Shown one piece after another: positions 51,769-64,000 of a stretch of DNA of 64,000 nt. The position numbers and the translations under genes were made by a program. The DNA comes from Euprymna scolopes (taxonomy: Eukaryota), in assembly GCA_053919585.1 (NCBI GenBank), contig CM132790.1. One strand, 5' to 3'. Position 1 is the first letter of the stretch, and each line of letters starts with the position of its first letter. The notes below the pieces were generated by a model, which did no database searches, was not told where the DNA came from, and was given only the letters and a program-made list of their open reading frames with translations.

Positions 51769-54409
51769 TGTAAAAATTCTGGTTGCTAGCGGGAAGGGTG
51801 GGTCTGATTGACTAATTTAATCATGGATTTTTATATCTTTTATTTTTTTAATTTTAATTTTAAATTTTAATGCTTTTATTTTTAAGTATTTAATAGTTTG
51901 AAAATTTAAAATTTTAAATTTAATGTTCGTTTTTTTCCCGAAACTGCTTCCTCGAAACCGAAGCTAATAAAATTTATCGAAAAAGATAATAAAAAGATAA
52001 GCACATCATATTCAATCGCACATATTTCGACAAAATCCCAAGAAAACAAATGAAGCATGTATGCTCCCCCGTGAGTACACAGTGAACGAGGCATAAAAAA
52101 TGGCTAACTTCAGTATTTGCACCCGCCCCATTTCGCCCCAAAAGTCCCTAGGGGACGTCAAATCCTGGTGAAAATGAACAAACGGTGCAGTTCAGTTTTA
52201 GGCCTTAACATATGTAAATTTGAGTTCTGCACCATGCAAAAAAAAAACAAAAAAAAAAAGAAAAGAAAAAAGAAAAAGAAATAACCAAGTCCATCATTTG
52301 CCCCCTCCCCATTTAGCCCCTGAAGTCCCCAAGACCTTAACATATTTAAATTTGAGTTCAACACCATGCCAAACTACTAAATAGACATACCCAGAAAATT
52401 TTGGATAAATACGATAAAATAATCCCCAAAATGGAGTCTTTTTCATTAACCCTAAAAGAGCCCCTAGAGGCATACCTAAGTTCTCGCGAAGTAAAGACAA
52501 CAAAATTATATAGAAATCAGTTCGTTACAACTTTTCAGAAAGTTTTATAAAAATCCAAGGCATCAACTTTTTTTTAATAAGCACAAAAGCGTCAATTTTA
52601 GCCATTTTAACCCGGGGGGGGGGTGTAACCAGAGTTTTCCCGGAAAATCGGTCTGCTACTTTTTTATTCATATCATGTTTAATGTTTGTGCAAAATTTCA
52701 TAAAAATTCCAAGGCGTAGTTATTGAGAAAAGTGCGGACAGACGACCGGACGAATGGACAAGGGTGAATTTACAGGTTCACCCTCCTTTTGTCGGGGGAC
52801 CAACAAAAAATAAAATAAAAATAAAACGTAGGATATTTAAAAAATTTAATTAAAATAAAAATAAAAAAAAAACGATGAAATAACATCGAGAATTGTAAAC
52901 AACGCAGTATTCTAAGAAAAACGTGGGACCATTTCCGGGGAGCCAGATAGGATTTGAAACCGACCGTATAGATGTCTTTTCTAATCTTCTGTTAAACACA
53001 CACATATACACTCTTAGATTGATTTTTCTTTATAATCGAACACTTTGCTGGGGTTCTCTCCANNNNNNNNNNNNNNNNNNNNNNNNNNNNNNNNNNNNNN
53101 NNNNNNNNNNNNNNNNNNNNNNNNNNNNNNNNNNNNNNNNNNNNNNNNNNNNNNNNNNNNNNNNNNNNNNNNNNNNNNNNNNNNNNNNNNNNNNNNNNNN
53201 NNNNNNNNNNNNNNNNNNNNNACCCAAGCTGAAATTTATACACATGCAAATTTCTAAGTCATGCTTAATCAGGTAAACGACCGCATTAAATTAATAGATT
53301 GTCACGATCCAACGCCTACGAATTTCATTTTCAGTCATTGATTATCGGAAATTATTCTGAAGCCAAAACCGATACAAATTGATACATTGTGTTGGAAGCA
53401 TTTATGCATAAAATATTTGTATAGCGTTGTGTTACCACTTTCGTATTTTAGTTAACTTGTTAAACCTTGTCTCCAATCATACTGGGGTAGGTGATATAAA
53501 ACATAACACTCACTTCAGCTGTACATAATCTTACTTAAACATGCAACACGTGACTTGTTTTTTTTTTTTTCAATTGACGACAAACACATTGAATACGTCG
53601 ACATTGTTTTTCAACTTCATTCAAAGACAAACAACCTTTTAGACCAGTTAATGCGTAATATCTGTTCTCGCATTTGGTCCAGCCTTTTCATGTACCTCTC
53701 AAATAATGAGGTAGTTATATTTTTTAATGACCGTGATTGTCAAAAGCTAAATTGATTTTGTNNNNNNNNNNNNNNNNNNNNNNNNNNNNNNNNNNNNNNN
53801 NNNNNNNNNNNNNNNNNNNNNNNNNNNNNNNNNNNNNNNNNNNNNNNNNNNNNNNNNNNNNNNNNNNNNNNNNNNNNNNNNNNNNNNNNNNNNNNNNNNN
53901 NNNNNNNNNNNNNNTGTTTGTATGTTACTAATATGCAATCTAAAAACTAATTTACTGATTGACTTGAAATTTTGCTATAGAATTTTAATCGAATACATGC
54001 GTGTTTTTATGTATCACTTTTTAATTATAACGTTCTACAAAATTTTTATTTAAGTAAATTTTTTATTTTTATTTAAATAAAATAATAAACATTATTATTT
54101 CAGCAAGGTAATATAATGCGTAAGTCCTTGTAAGTTTTCTTGAAAAAAAAACTGTATCTAACAATTTACGGTTAAAAAAACATTCATCTTTCCTTAAAAA
54201 AAATCTCAGTTTTTGTTGAATAAAAATATTGCAAAAAAATAATAATAAAATTTAATAAACAATACAAAGTATTTCTGGAATGTTACATAAAACATTTTCT
54301 TCCATGATTCAACGAAAAATGATTTCGACCATGTTTTTTTTTGTCACGTGACATGTGACGTAAACACAAAGGAAATAGCTAAAATTTATAATTTCTCTGA
54401 AAACTATTT

Positions 54410-54830
54410 TTTTTTTACATAGGAATCACCACTTATCAAGGCACAAAAGCTACTCGAGGATAAGGACTAATGAGTGTACGATATTCAATGGGACAATATC
54501 GTACTAATCATTAGTAGTGTAAATTTGGTAAATTAGAATATTTAAGGGGACGGCGCATCAAGAACTTGTTTACATTGGACTTGAAGACGACCAAATTGTA
54601 GTTAGCTGGAAATCAGAAAAACGGTACAAAGTTCCTAAAACTTGCAGTTTTGACAAAGGAGCTTTGTTCATAGAATCTACGTTTAGGTTTAGGCACAGAT
54701 AAAGAGTGGGGGAAATTATTGACAGTAGTTTCGGCTAGATGAGTGTTTTTCGTAAAAGTTTGGCGACAGGGGAAACATAGATTGAGCTCAGACGAGCACT
54801 TGCCATGAAACTAATGATAAAGCAGAAACA
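54410..54830 (-). mobile_element. 3' end of the LINE family seen at 30765-32110
   Basis: It is the reverse complement of about 31700-32105 (ctgtgcctaaacctaaacgtagattc; gccttgataagtggtga plus A-tail). Confidence 0.85.
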
Positions 54831-54839
54831 GGCATGAAA

Positions 54840-55510
54840 GTACTTCTTTCAAACTCCCCGGCTTAACGTTCACATGAGTTGGAACAGATACATTGAAAAC
54901 ATTGCCAGGGCCGCTGCGAGGAAGGTGGTCTCTCTCTACCGTGCTAGAAAGTTACTTACGTTTGAAAGTATCCTGTACATCTACAAGGTCACCATTCGCA
55001 CATGTATGGAGTATTGTTGTCACATTTGGTGCATCTGCTACTAGTCTCTCGCTCCTGGACAGGGTTCAAAAGAGTCGCCAACCTGATAGGTCCTGAAGTG
55101 TCATCTAAGCTTCAACCACTGTCCCATCGACGAAATTTTGCATCCCTCTGCCTGTTCTACAAGTATTTTAATGGTGAATGCTCCGACGAACTACAAGCCC
55201 TTGTACACCCTTCGACGTAAATATCTCCGACAAACCCAACAAGTAGCAAAATCTCACCCCTATACAATAGAGATCTCTAGATGTTAGAAAGCCTTCTACT
55301 CTAATAGTTTTTTTCCCTAGAACTGCTATTCTTGAAACTTCTTTCCAGGTTCCTTCTTTCTCACCTGTACTGGCAGAAATTTAAATGTAATATGAACAGG
55401 CATCTTGCTGCTCAACTCCCAATATAGTATTCCTGCAACGTATGTTCCCGATAGTAGCTCCCTATATCAAAGTAATATTGTGCCTTGCTTGAGGTGAAAA
55501 TGAAATTTAA
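54840..55510 (+). mobile_element. LINE 3' fragment (related subfamily)
   Basis: It encodes LQPLSHRRNFASLCLFYKYFNGECS and MEYCCHIW-like segments, frameshifted. Confidence 0.8.
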
Positions 55511-56330
55511 AAAAAGAGAAAAGGCCCCCCCCCACTATTTTGAACTCTGTCAAGGCAGGATGAATTATTTCTAGCATGCTCATATGTGGCAACAGTACGC
55601 CATCCTTGGGCGTACCTGGCGCTTATATAGGTAGAGAATTACATCGGCATGAGATATCTACTGGTGCGGTAGAAGGATTTCACAATTTTTCCAGCGACCT
55701 TGGCAACAGATTTGATGTACGTATTCTATCGTTTTCCTAATTTTTAGATATCTTTACTAATGCACCATAGCATTGGTTTCACTTGAAAATTAATATTTCA
55801 ATTTTCAAATTTTACTACAATAACAAAGAAGAACCCAAAAAGTTTTCCCCATATTCGCATTTATTATATTTGAAAGCAATATTGTTAATAAAAAAATGTG
55901 CGAAAATAAGCATATTCATTTGAATAAAAAGACACCAGTTTGTCAAACTATTTCCCTTTTTTAAAACTTATCCGACAACATTCCTTTCTCCTTTCTTTCT
56001 GTTTTCTGAATTATCGTCGGTCTCTCACTTTGTTGGTTAATTCTTTAAAAAGTTTTATTTTCATTTTTCCATCGATTTATTATGGATCAAACATATTTTC
56101 AAGCAAAAAAAAAAAAAAAAAAAAATCAGATAAATATTTTGATTTTACATTTTCAAGTGCATGCCCACATATATGTCCATGGTAAAATTAAGCTCTCATA
56201 TTTCCTCTCAGGAAGAACGGGCAGCAGCGAACGAGCATATAATGATTTCAACAGATATACCATTATAATTTTAACTTTTGCAATAACCATCAACAAGGCT
56301 CAAGTGTAATGATTAAAGTTAAATTCTGTA

Positions 56331-56351
<21 letters not shown>

Positions 56352-56362
<11 letters not shown>

Positions 56363-56830
56363 TTTTACAAGGGTGTCACCACTTATCAAGGCCCAGAGGC
56401 CACTCGAGGATAAGGGTTAATAAGTATACATTAGTCATTGTGATTTTAGCATAGTAAACAGTGGGAATTTTGAAACTTGGATTACTTAGGGGGACGATTC
56501 AATTAGAACTTGTTCACATTGGAGTTTTTCTTTCTTTTTTTTTTCATAGGTATCAACTCATTATCAAGGCCAAGAGGCCACTCAAGGATAAGGGTTAAAG
56601 AGTGTACAGTAGAAATTGGACAATATAATAATCATTAGTAATGAAAATTTGTTAAATTTGATAACTTATATGGAACGGCTCATCAAGAACTTATTTACGT
56701 TAGACTTGAAGACAACCATATTGTAGTAAGCCGGAAAGCAGGAAAACGGAAGACAATTCCACAGGCGTGCAGTTCTAATAAAAAAGCTTTGTTCATGGAA
56801 TCTACGTTTAGGTTTAGGCACAGATAAAAA
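56352..56830 (-). mobile_element. Two tandem 3'-end fragments of the same LINE family
   Basis: Two poly-T plus (c)acttatcaaggcc...ggataaggg ends occur at about 56355 and 56535. ORF 56666-56848 reads RTARLWNCLP. Confidence 0.85.
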
Positions 56831-56886
56831 TAAAATATATATATTCAAGCTAAGAATTTATTGTTTGAAACAAGGAATATATGGAG

Positions 56887-56939
<53 letters not shown>

Positions 56940-57374
56940 CATTTCTCTTGAAGACTGGTTTCTTCTGTGGAAAGCAACCATTAAATGGATCGCCTGACGA
57001 GGACTTCTGGTTTTAACCGGCTATTTGTCCGGTTAATTGTCCAATGCCGCGNNNNNNNNNNNNNNNNNNNNNNNNNNNNNNNNNNNNNNNNNNNNNNNNN
57101 NNNNNNNNNNNNNNNNNNNNNNNNNNNNNNNNNNNNNNNNNNNNNNNNNNNNNNNNNNNNNNNNNNNNNNNNNNNNNNNNNNNNNNNNNNNNNNNNNNNN
57201 NCGATACAATTACAAATTCACTTCTAAATTCCTGATTCGGATTCTTTTAAAATTTGTTAATGTTTTATTAGAGATTTATTGCTTTTCAAGAAAAAAAAAA
57301 AACAAAACTACCGTAATGTTAATATATAATTTTGTAAGCATAAAATTACACTAAGTGGGGAAGGAATATATTAC

Positions 57375-58935
57375 ACGTCCATAGAAAACTCGTCCACGGA
57401 AAACTCGTCCATAGAAACTCGTCCACGGATGACTCGTCCTCAGAAAACTTGTCCATTTTTACTAGGTAGGAAAACTGATCCATTATTGAATAAATATCGA
57501 TTGAAAACACATTTTATGACCGTTATTGGAGGAGATATTGTTCTTTTAATAGAATACAAGCCCCCATAATATTAAAAAAATATTTTAATTGATTTTTCTA
57601 AGTGTCCGCTTTTTACCTAGCTTTTTAAGTTTTTAGTGCTTTAACTAATTTTAAAGCGTTTATTTAATTAAAAAAAAACAAGTAGTGTCGAATGTTACTT
57701 TAAAACAAAAAAATATCCGACATGAGAGTGTCACATCTTGGGAGTCACGATAATCGCATAAAAAAATAAAATCCAAGAAAATACTTATTAGGTTGGTGCA
57801 AAAATAATGTCGTTTTTTGACGTTTAACTATATATAAAAAAACAACATTATTTTTGCACCTAATAAATATGATTTTAAAAAGAGCCTTTCTCCTCCAAAA
57901 GAAANNNNNNNNNNNNNNNNNNNNNNNNNNNNNNNNNNNNNNNNNNNNNNNNNNNNNNNNNNNNNNNNNNNNNNNNNNNNNNNNNNNNNNNNNNNNNNNN
58001 NNNNNNNNNNNNNNNNNNNNNNNNNNNNNNNNNNNNNNNNNNNNNNNNNNNNNNNNNTTCTGTTGTCTATTGTAAATCATACCACATTTTGCTTTCAGCA
58101 AATCCCGTTTTCTGTCGCGTTGTAAACGGTACAAGTAATGTCTTGATAAACCTTGATTCAAAACAATGTAAAATTTAAACGATGAAGGAAGAACTCGAAA
58201 AGTAAAATGTGAAATTGATTATGTGCAAATAAACATATAGTTTGTATTCATCTTCCTTTCGAAATAACAATAAGAGAATTCAAGAACAATGAAATTGTTA
58301 AAACGTCTTATTGCAACAGAAATTTTGTTTCTGTTTGTTTATAGACGAAACAACGTTAAAATGCTCATACGTTATCAATGCTTCATTAACTACGAATTTG
58401 TTCTTTTTTCTATCATTATAATAATATAGATACGTGCACTGCTCAAAATCTACATTTTGACCCTCCCTTTACTTAAAAATTTATCAAAAATCAGGAAATT
58501 AACCAATTTTAAGGAAATTTTCAGTATTTATCAAATAATGATCATGGAATATAATGAAGGAATTTAAAAAGACGTCCACGGAAAACTCATCCATAGAAAA
58601 CTCGTCCACGGAAGATTCGTCCAAAGAAAATCCGTCCATTTAAGCTAGGTAGAAAAACTGGTCCATTATGAAGAAATAGCGATTGAAAACACATTTTATG
58701 ACCGTTATTGAAAGAGGTATTGTTTTTTAAAAGAGAATACATACCACATAATATTTTTTAAAAATATTTTTACTTGTTTACTGTTGTTTGAAAAAAATAA
58801 ATTGATTTTTCTAAGTGTTCGCTTTTTATCTAGCTGCGTAAGTTTTTAGTGATTAAACTTATGTTAAAGCGTTTATTTAGTTAAAAAATACAAGTAATGT
58901 CGAGTGTTATTTTAGAACAAAAATTTCCGACATGT
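57375..58935 (+). repeat. Two ~350-bp direct copies (57375-57725 and 58572-58935) of a repeat that begins with ~15-bp aaaactcgtcca subrepeats; probably DNA-transposon derived
   Basis: The two blocks align visibly. A further fragment lies at about 61300-61328. Confidence 0.7.
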
Positions 58936-59276
58936 TGTCGGTGTTTGGGAACACGGGGTTCAATCCCGACGGTAAAATAGCAATTTGTGTTTAATTAATA
59001 CGATGTATACAAGAAATTGCTTACGATATACAGTGTTTCGGCATAAAATAAGCACAAAACGTCACTAAACGGTGTCACCACCTTGCACTTATAGTTATTG
59101 CTAGCCTTATTTATTTATTTTAGTGTAGTTTTTGCTACTGTAATCGTATTATACTGAACTTGTGTTCATGAGAAATATAGAAACTTACTAAGTTATTCTG
59201 GCAACTATAGTTTTATTTTCAGAAACGCATTCTTATAAGTTTATGTGTGTGTGTGTGTATTTGTATGTGTGTGTAC

Positions 59277-59319
<43 letters not shown>

Positions 59320-60181
59320 ATGCGTCCTGATGTGTCGTATAGCAGAGTTAAAGCTTAAATGACCAGAATCACATACGATAAAAAAGTAGGTCACAGCTGT
59401 TTCCATTCGTACGCCGCCTACAAGTGTAAAAAGAATCACTACGTGCGCAACGAGCAGAAAAAAAGTGTGCGCTGATACAAAAACAAACTAAAAGATGTTT
59501 TGATAAATATTTATCGATAAAATGAAATAAGTCTCGGTGTAATAGGACCTCGCGGCGTAGGCGTTCCCATAAACATGTAATAACTACGAAACTTTTCCGG
59601 GAGAGAGAAGTAATGATATATTATATACCTACCCAATTAAACCAATGTCATAAGACATTTTGTAGATTTATAAAGTCGATAATCAGATTTTAATATGGTG
59701 GAAATTCAACAAATGAAACGTGTTTCTTAAAAAATGACAAGCCTGGATTTATTAATTTTTATATTTATCGTAAAGGAATATCTCATTTGTGATTCATGCA
59801 TTAGATTCCATTTATCCATGGCTGGTATAGTAAGTCACTTGCACAGATAACAAAGGTCACACCTGATGCTTCCAAATAAAGTATTTAATGATTTATTTGG
59901 GCTTAATAGTAATTTCAACTGGCCAGTTTTGCACGAATGGTAATTGAAGTATCTGTGCCAAACTTTCAACATTGTAAGGATAAGTGGAGAAATCCAGCGA
60001 AAAGAGTGGTGCGCTCCAACATATTTTGATATAGTAGTCAACAAAAAATAACTTTTGGGTTGCCATCGACTACGGTCGGTGCGTTTATGTTTCATATTTT
60101 ATTTCGTAATGATTTTCGTATATTTTGTCTCATTGCGATAATAAATTGTGACTAGAGCGAACATAACATTAGACCGGCAGG

Positions 60182-60275
<94 letters not shown>

Positions 60276-60939
60276 CTCGCTCTAGTCATAGTTTTTCCGA
60301 TGCCATTTTTACTGGTGACCTTCTTACCTGTGCTACTTTTACCTTAATTCAACCGGAAAAATGACACGGTAAAAATGGCAAAAGTGAATTTTGACAACGG
60401 AAAAGTAGGACCGTTCGAGAAGTGCTGGCTAAGCACTCATTCCTCTAGTTTAAAATAGAACTACCCCCCCCCCAAAAAAAATTAAGTAAATATTTTTAAT
60501 AGGTGGTGTTGGGGATAGGCTTTTTCTTTTTTTTTTTTTTAAATTAGCGGCTAATCATGATCAACATAAAAATAAAAATGCTTTTTGCTAGTTTGGCCGA
60601 TTCTATTAGCGAACCAGTGTGAAAAGTCTTGAGAGAGGTAGAGATAAGGAATATTAAACAATATTGCTTTCATATGAACCCTCTTCCTTTCTTTTAATCG
60701 TTTGACTATTCATCATAATTTATAACCTTAGCAAATCCATTATCATAGCTCAAACGGAAAGTCCAGACATATACAATTAATAGTAAGTCCTTTGATATGA
60801 CAGAGGCACGTCAGAAATGAATTTCTGTTTAATGCACACTTGAAATATGATACTCGACTTTTGCATTTTAAGCTTTAATTCAAACCATTATATAAATATA
60901 TATATAATATTGTTTAATTGCAAATTGTGAAAAACATTG

Positions 60940-61760
60940 TTGGGGATACACCCTTACTGCCTGGAATAATGAACTATTCCATGACGCCATTTCCATCCAT
61001 GTCATCACATCCGAGTGATGAGGACCGGTTGACAAAGTTAGTCATCAACTAGTCCAACAGTTGCGCAAAGATGTTGCTAAATTTACCCTTTTTGACCCCA
61101 AAAGTGAAAGTTTATGTACATAAGACATCCGAAAACCTCTTCGGAACGGATTGAGTGAAGCAATTTGAATTGTGGGACAAATCTATAAACAAATTCTGCC
61201 ATAAGGTAGAAGAGTCATCTACCGAGGCACAACGATTGAAGGGCAAGTTAAAGGAAATAATTCCCAACGTTTTCTCAGCGAGTTTCGGAAGGAATTTAGG
61301 AAAACTCGCCCGCGGAAAACTCGTCCATGTGTTTGTTTTCATCTTCCACATTAACCTCTTATTTTTAAAATCTACTCTTAGTAAATACTTTCAACTACCA
61401 TTATCTGTATCATATTTCATTGGATTTAGTTAGTTTTATCAAATTGAGTTCCAAACTTTCTTTTTCTGTTTCTCTACATCTGACGGAAAAGAAAGGTTAC
61501 CGATTCACGAATGATCGAGCCTAAACGAAAAAAAGTATTAACTGCTTTTACGAACTAAAAGTTTGTGATGGGGGTGTTGGAGACGCACCTCTACTGCCTG
61601 GAATAATGAACCATTCCATAGCGTCACTTCCGTCTATACCGTCACTTCCGGGTAAGGGGACCAGTTGACAAAGTCAGTCAGAGACAGACACGCGAAGAGT
61701 ATGGTCGCCATTAACTAGTCCAGCAACTGAGCGAATACATTGCTCAATTTACCTTTTTCA
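60940..61760 (+). repeat. Two diverged copies (~60940-61100 and ~61575-61760) of a short interspersed repeat
   Basis: They share tactgcctggaataatgaa...ggacc.gttgacaaagt.agtca...aactagtcca...aatttacc. Confidence 0.7.
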
Positions 61761-63494
61761 TGTATTTTCATTAATACATTTTATTTAACTGTTACTGTGT
61801 TCCCCCTCGCCAATTATTCAAATACTAACATCTCAAAAACATGAACAAACAAAAGTGATAAAAGCACATAAAATATATATTTCATAAATATTAGAACACA
61901 AGAAAAGTACCCGATTGAAAGTTAGCAGCAAACGGTGTTTGGTCAGATTCTTTACCTGATATCAAACCTTATCAGTAATACAACCCCCGGCAAGAGTTTC
62001 AGTTTCTCAAGTTTATTTATTTATTAAATTGTTAGGTGAAAGCACAGAATAATTAACAAAGACCCCCCCCTCTACATGTTAATGGTGTTTTTCTAAATAA
62101 TAATGTTATTATTTCAGCACTTTCAATAGCTTTTATTGCGTGGATTTCTACCAGTAATTTGTTTTTATTTTTATTTTTAAGCCATTATCGAGATTCAATA
62201 TTATCCTTTCGTACTGCTCATTCTTTTCTTATTCTCTCGACAATTCTAGTTTTTCGAACAGAATAAACGTTTTAAAGTCTATTGTAAAACAAACCCAACA
62301 TTCCTTCCTCATAAAAAAGTTTCATTTGATTATTTATAAATGTAAATTTGTAAATCAATTTTACCAATTTTCTGTATAATGACATATCTTTAAAAAGTAA
62401 AAATTGTTTTGGTGAAAGAAAATTAAAAGCAGTTGCTCCCAGCGATTAAATCATTGAATTAAATTTCCATTTTCAAGACTAAATAAAAAAATGAATTTAG
62501 ATAAATATGGCAGCGATAAAATTTTATTTAGACCTTTTTTCCAGATGATTATGCATAAATATTTATCTAGATATACAAAAATCTAATTCTTGGTTCATTA
62601 GTTATTCATAAAACAATATTTCTACATTACCAATTTAATTGAAATTTTCAGACAGTCTATCCTCAGAGTGGAGGAATGTTTTTATGTTGTTAAAATAAAT
62701 TGAAATTAAAAATTTAAATAAAAATATTTTTCGTAAGTCGATTCTGCGAGACTCTTCTCGGTTTTACTTCCGGTAGTTATACAATTTCAATTCATACACC
62801 ACGATTTGACGACTCTAATAAATAAGTAAAAAAAATATCCCCTATTTTTAAAATGTAAATTCATTTGTTTATCTTCCCAATTTTTTAATAAAAAAAAAAA
62901 AATTGCTCGCCAGAAGGTGCGTTTTGAGTTGAAACATAAAAGTCGAAGAACCTTAACAAAACAATCTTTGTTGTAAAAATCATTTTTTAACAAAATTGGC
63001 AGTACACGTTTTTTTTGTTTTTATAAACAGTTGTTTCTATATGAGAAAAAAATTAACTTTTTTATTATTAAAACTATAAATTGTTAAGTGAAAGTACAGT
63101 TTCTTTTCGAAGAAAATTTACATTACATATGCATTTTGGTAACGTGGTGAAATAATACCTGTTTTATTTTAATTCAGCCATTCTTACCATTTCTTTTTTT
63201 TACCGTAAATTGTTAGGTTAATTTTTTTTTCAATAAAACTTTTAACAAAATTGAAAGTACACTTTTTTTTTTTTACAGAAGTTGTTTGTATAAGAAAATA
63301 TGAATGTCTTTTCTTTATTAAAGAAATTGTTAGGTGAAATACACAAACGTTTTTACCAAGAAAACCGTTATTTTTTCAGCAATTCTTACCATTGAGAGGG
63401 GGTGGTTAGGGTTCTGTAACTATTCTGTGCTTTCAACTAACAAATTATTAAAAAACAAAAGGTAAATTTTCACATTAGCTCCACCTCCACAATT

Positions 63495-63645
63495 TTTAAC
63501 ATGGGTAGGACGAAATTCCGAAAGCCGTTCTTAACATGGGGAGAATGGTGATATTTATTCCAAAAGCCGTTTTTACATGGGGAGGTTAGGGGTGTTTATT
63601 CCGAAAGCCGTTCTTAATATGGAGAGGTTGGAGTGTTTATTCATG
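63495..63645. repeat. Degenerate ~36-41-bp minisatellite, about 4 copies
   Basis: ttaacatggg...attccgaaagccgtt recurs. Confidence 0.7.
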
Positions 63646-64000
63646 GCCGCCAGTGAATTATAGTGCATAGTACAGGTCTTTATATCTAGAAAACTACTTG
63701 CCGCTGAAATTTTAAATGAGATTTTCTTATTTAGCATAGTCGAAAACTTTGAACAGTAGTTAAAGAAAATTGTGGAGGTGGACCTAATGTAAAAAAAAAA
63801 AAAAATACCACACACAAAAAAAGATATCGTGAAATTTAAATTTAACTTTTAAAAACTATTTTAAAATAGCGCGATACCAAAAATAAAAATAGACAGAAAA
63901 ATACCCCCTCGGTTTGTACTTGCACAAAGATTTGAAAAAGTTATCAACAAAACAAATATATAACAAGTTAATGTTTTCAAAGGCAAGATAAGTTATTTTT

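Noticed and set aside
24465-59439. Short ORFs with RERE, YIYI, LLLL, HTHT or X runs
   Set aside because: They are translations of microsatellites or N gaps.

Overview
Eukaryotic, AT-rich animal (probably invertebrate) genomic DNA with scaffold gaps; the species cannot be named from sequence alone. The main feature is missing from the ORF track. It is a giant minus-strand coding exon that starts at a canonical acceptor (exon start 24137) and stays in one frame to position 1, running off the window (at least 8,045 codons). It encodes an acidic, probably disordered protein. About 19 kb of the exon is 11.5 nearly identical 1,650-bp (550-aa) tandem units. Each unit carries two copies of a basic amphipathic helix motif, KKENPVKRFF[DE]NLFKKR. 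Three diverged copies lie in the unique part, giving 26 in the window, and the two paralogous copies within a unit differ almost only at synonymous sites. Two small upstream exons (42807-42687 and 39515-39401) splice in phase into the giant exon. The rest of the window (24.2-64 kb) is intronic or upstream DNA full of decayed mobile elements: a deleted Gypsy element, two LINE clades, a full-length dead mariner, MITEs, Helitron/Helentron-like units, 5S- and tRNA-derived SINE-like pieces, Penelope-like hammerhead motifs and microsatellites.
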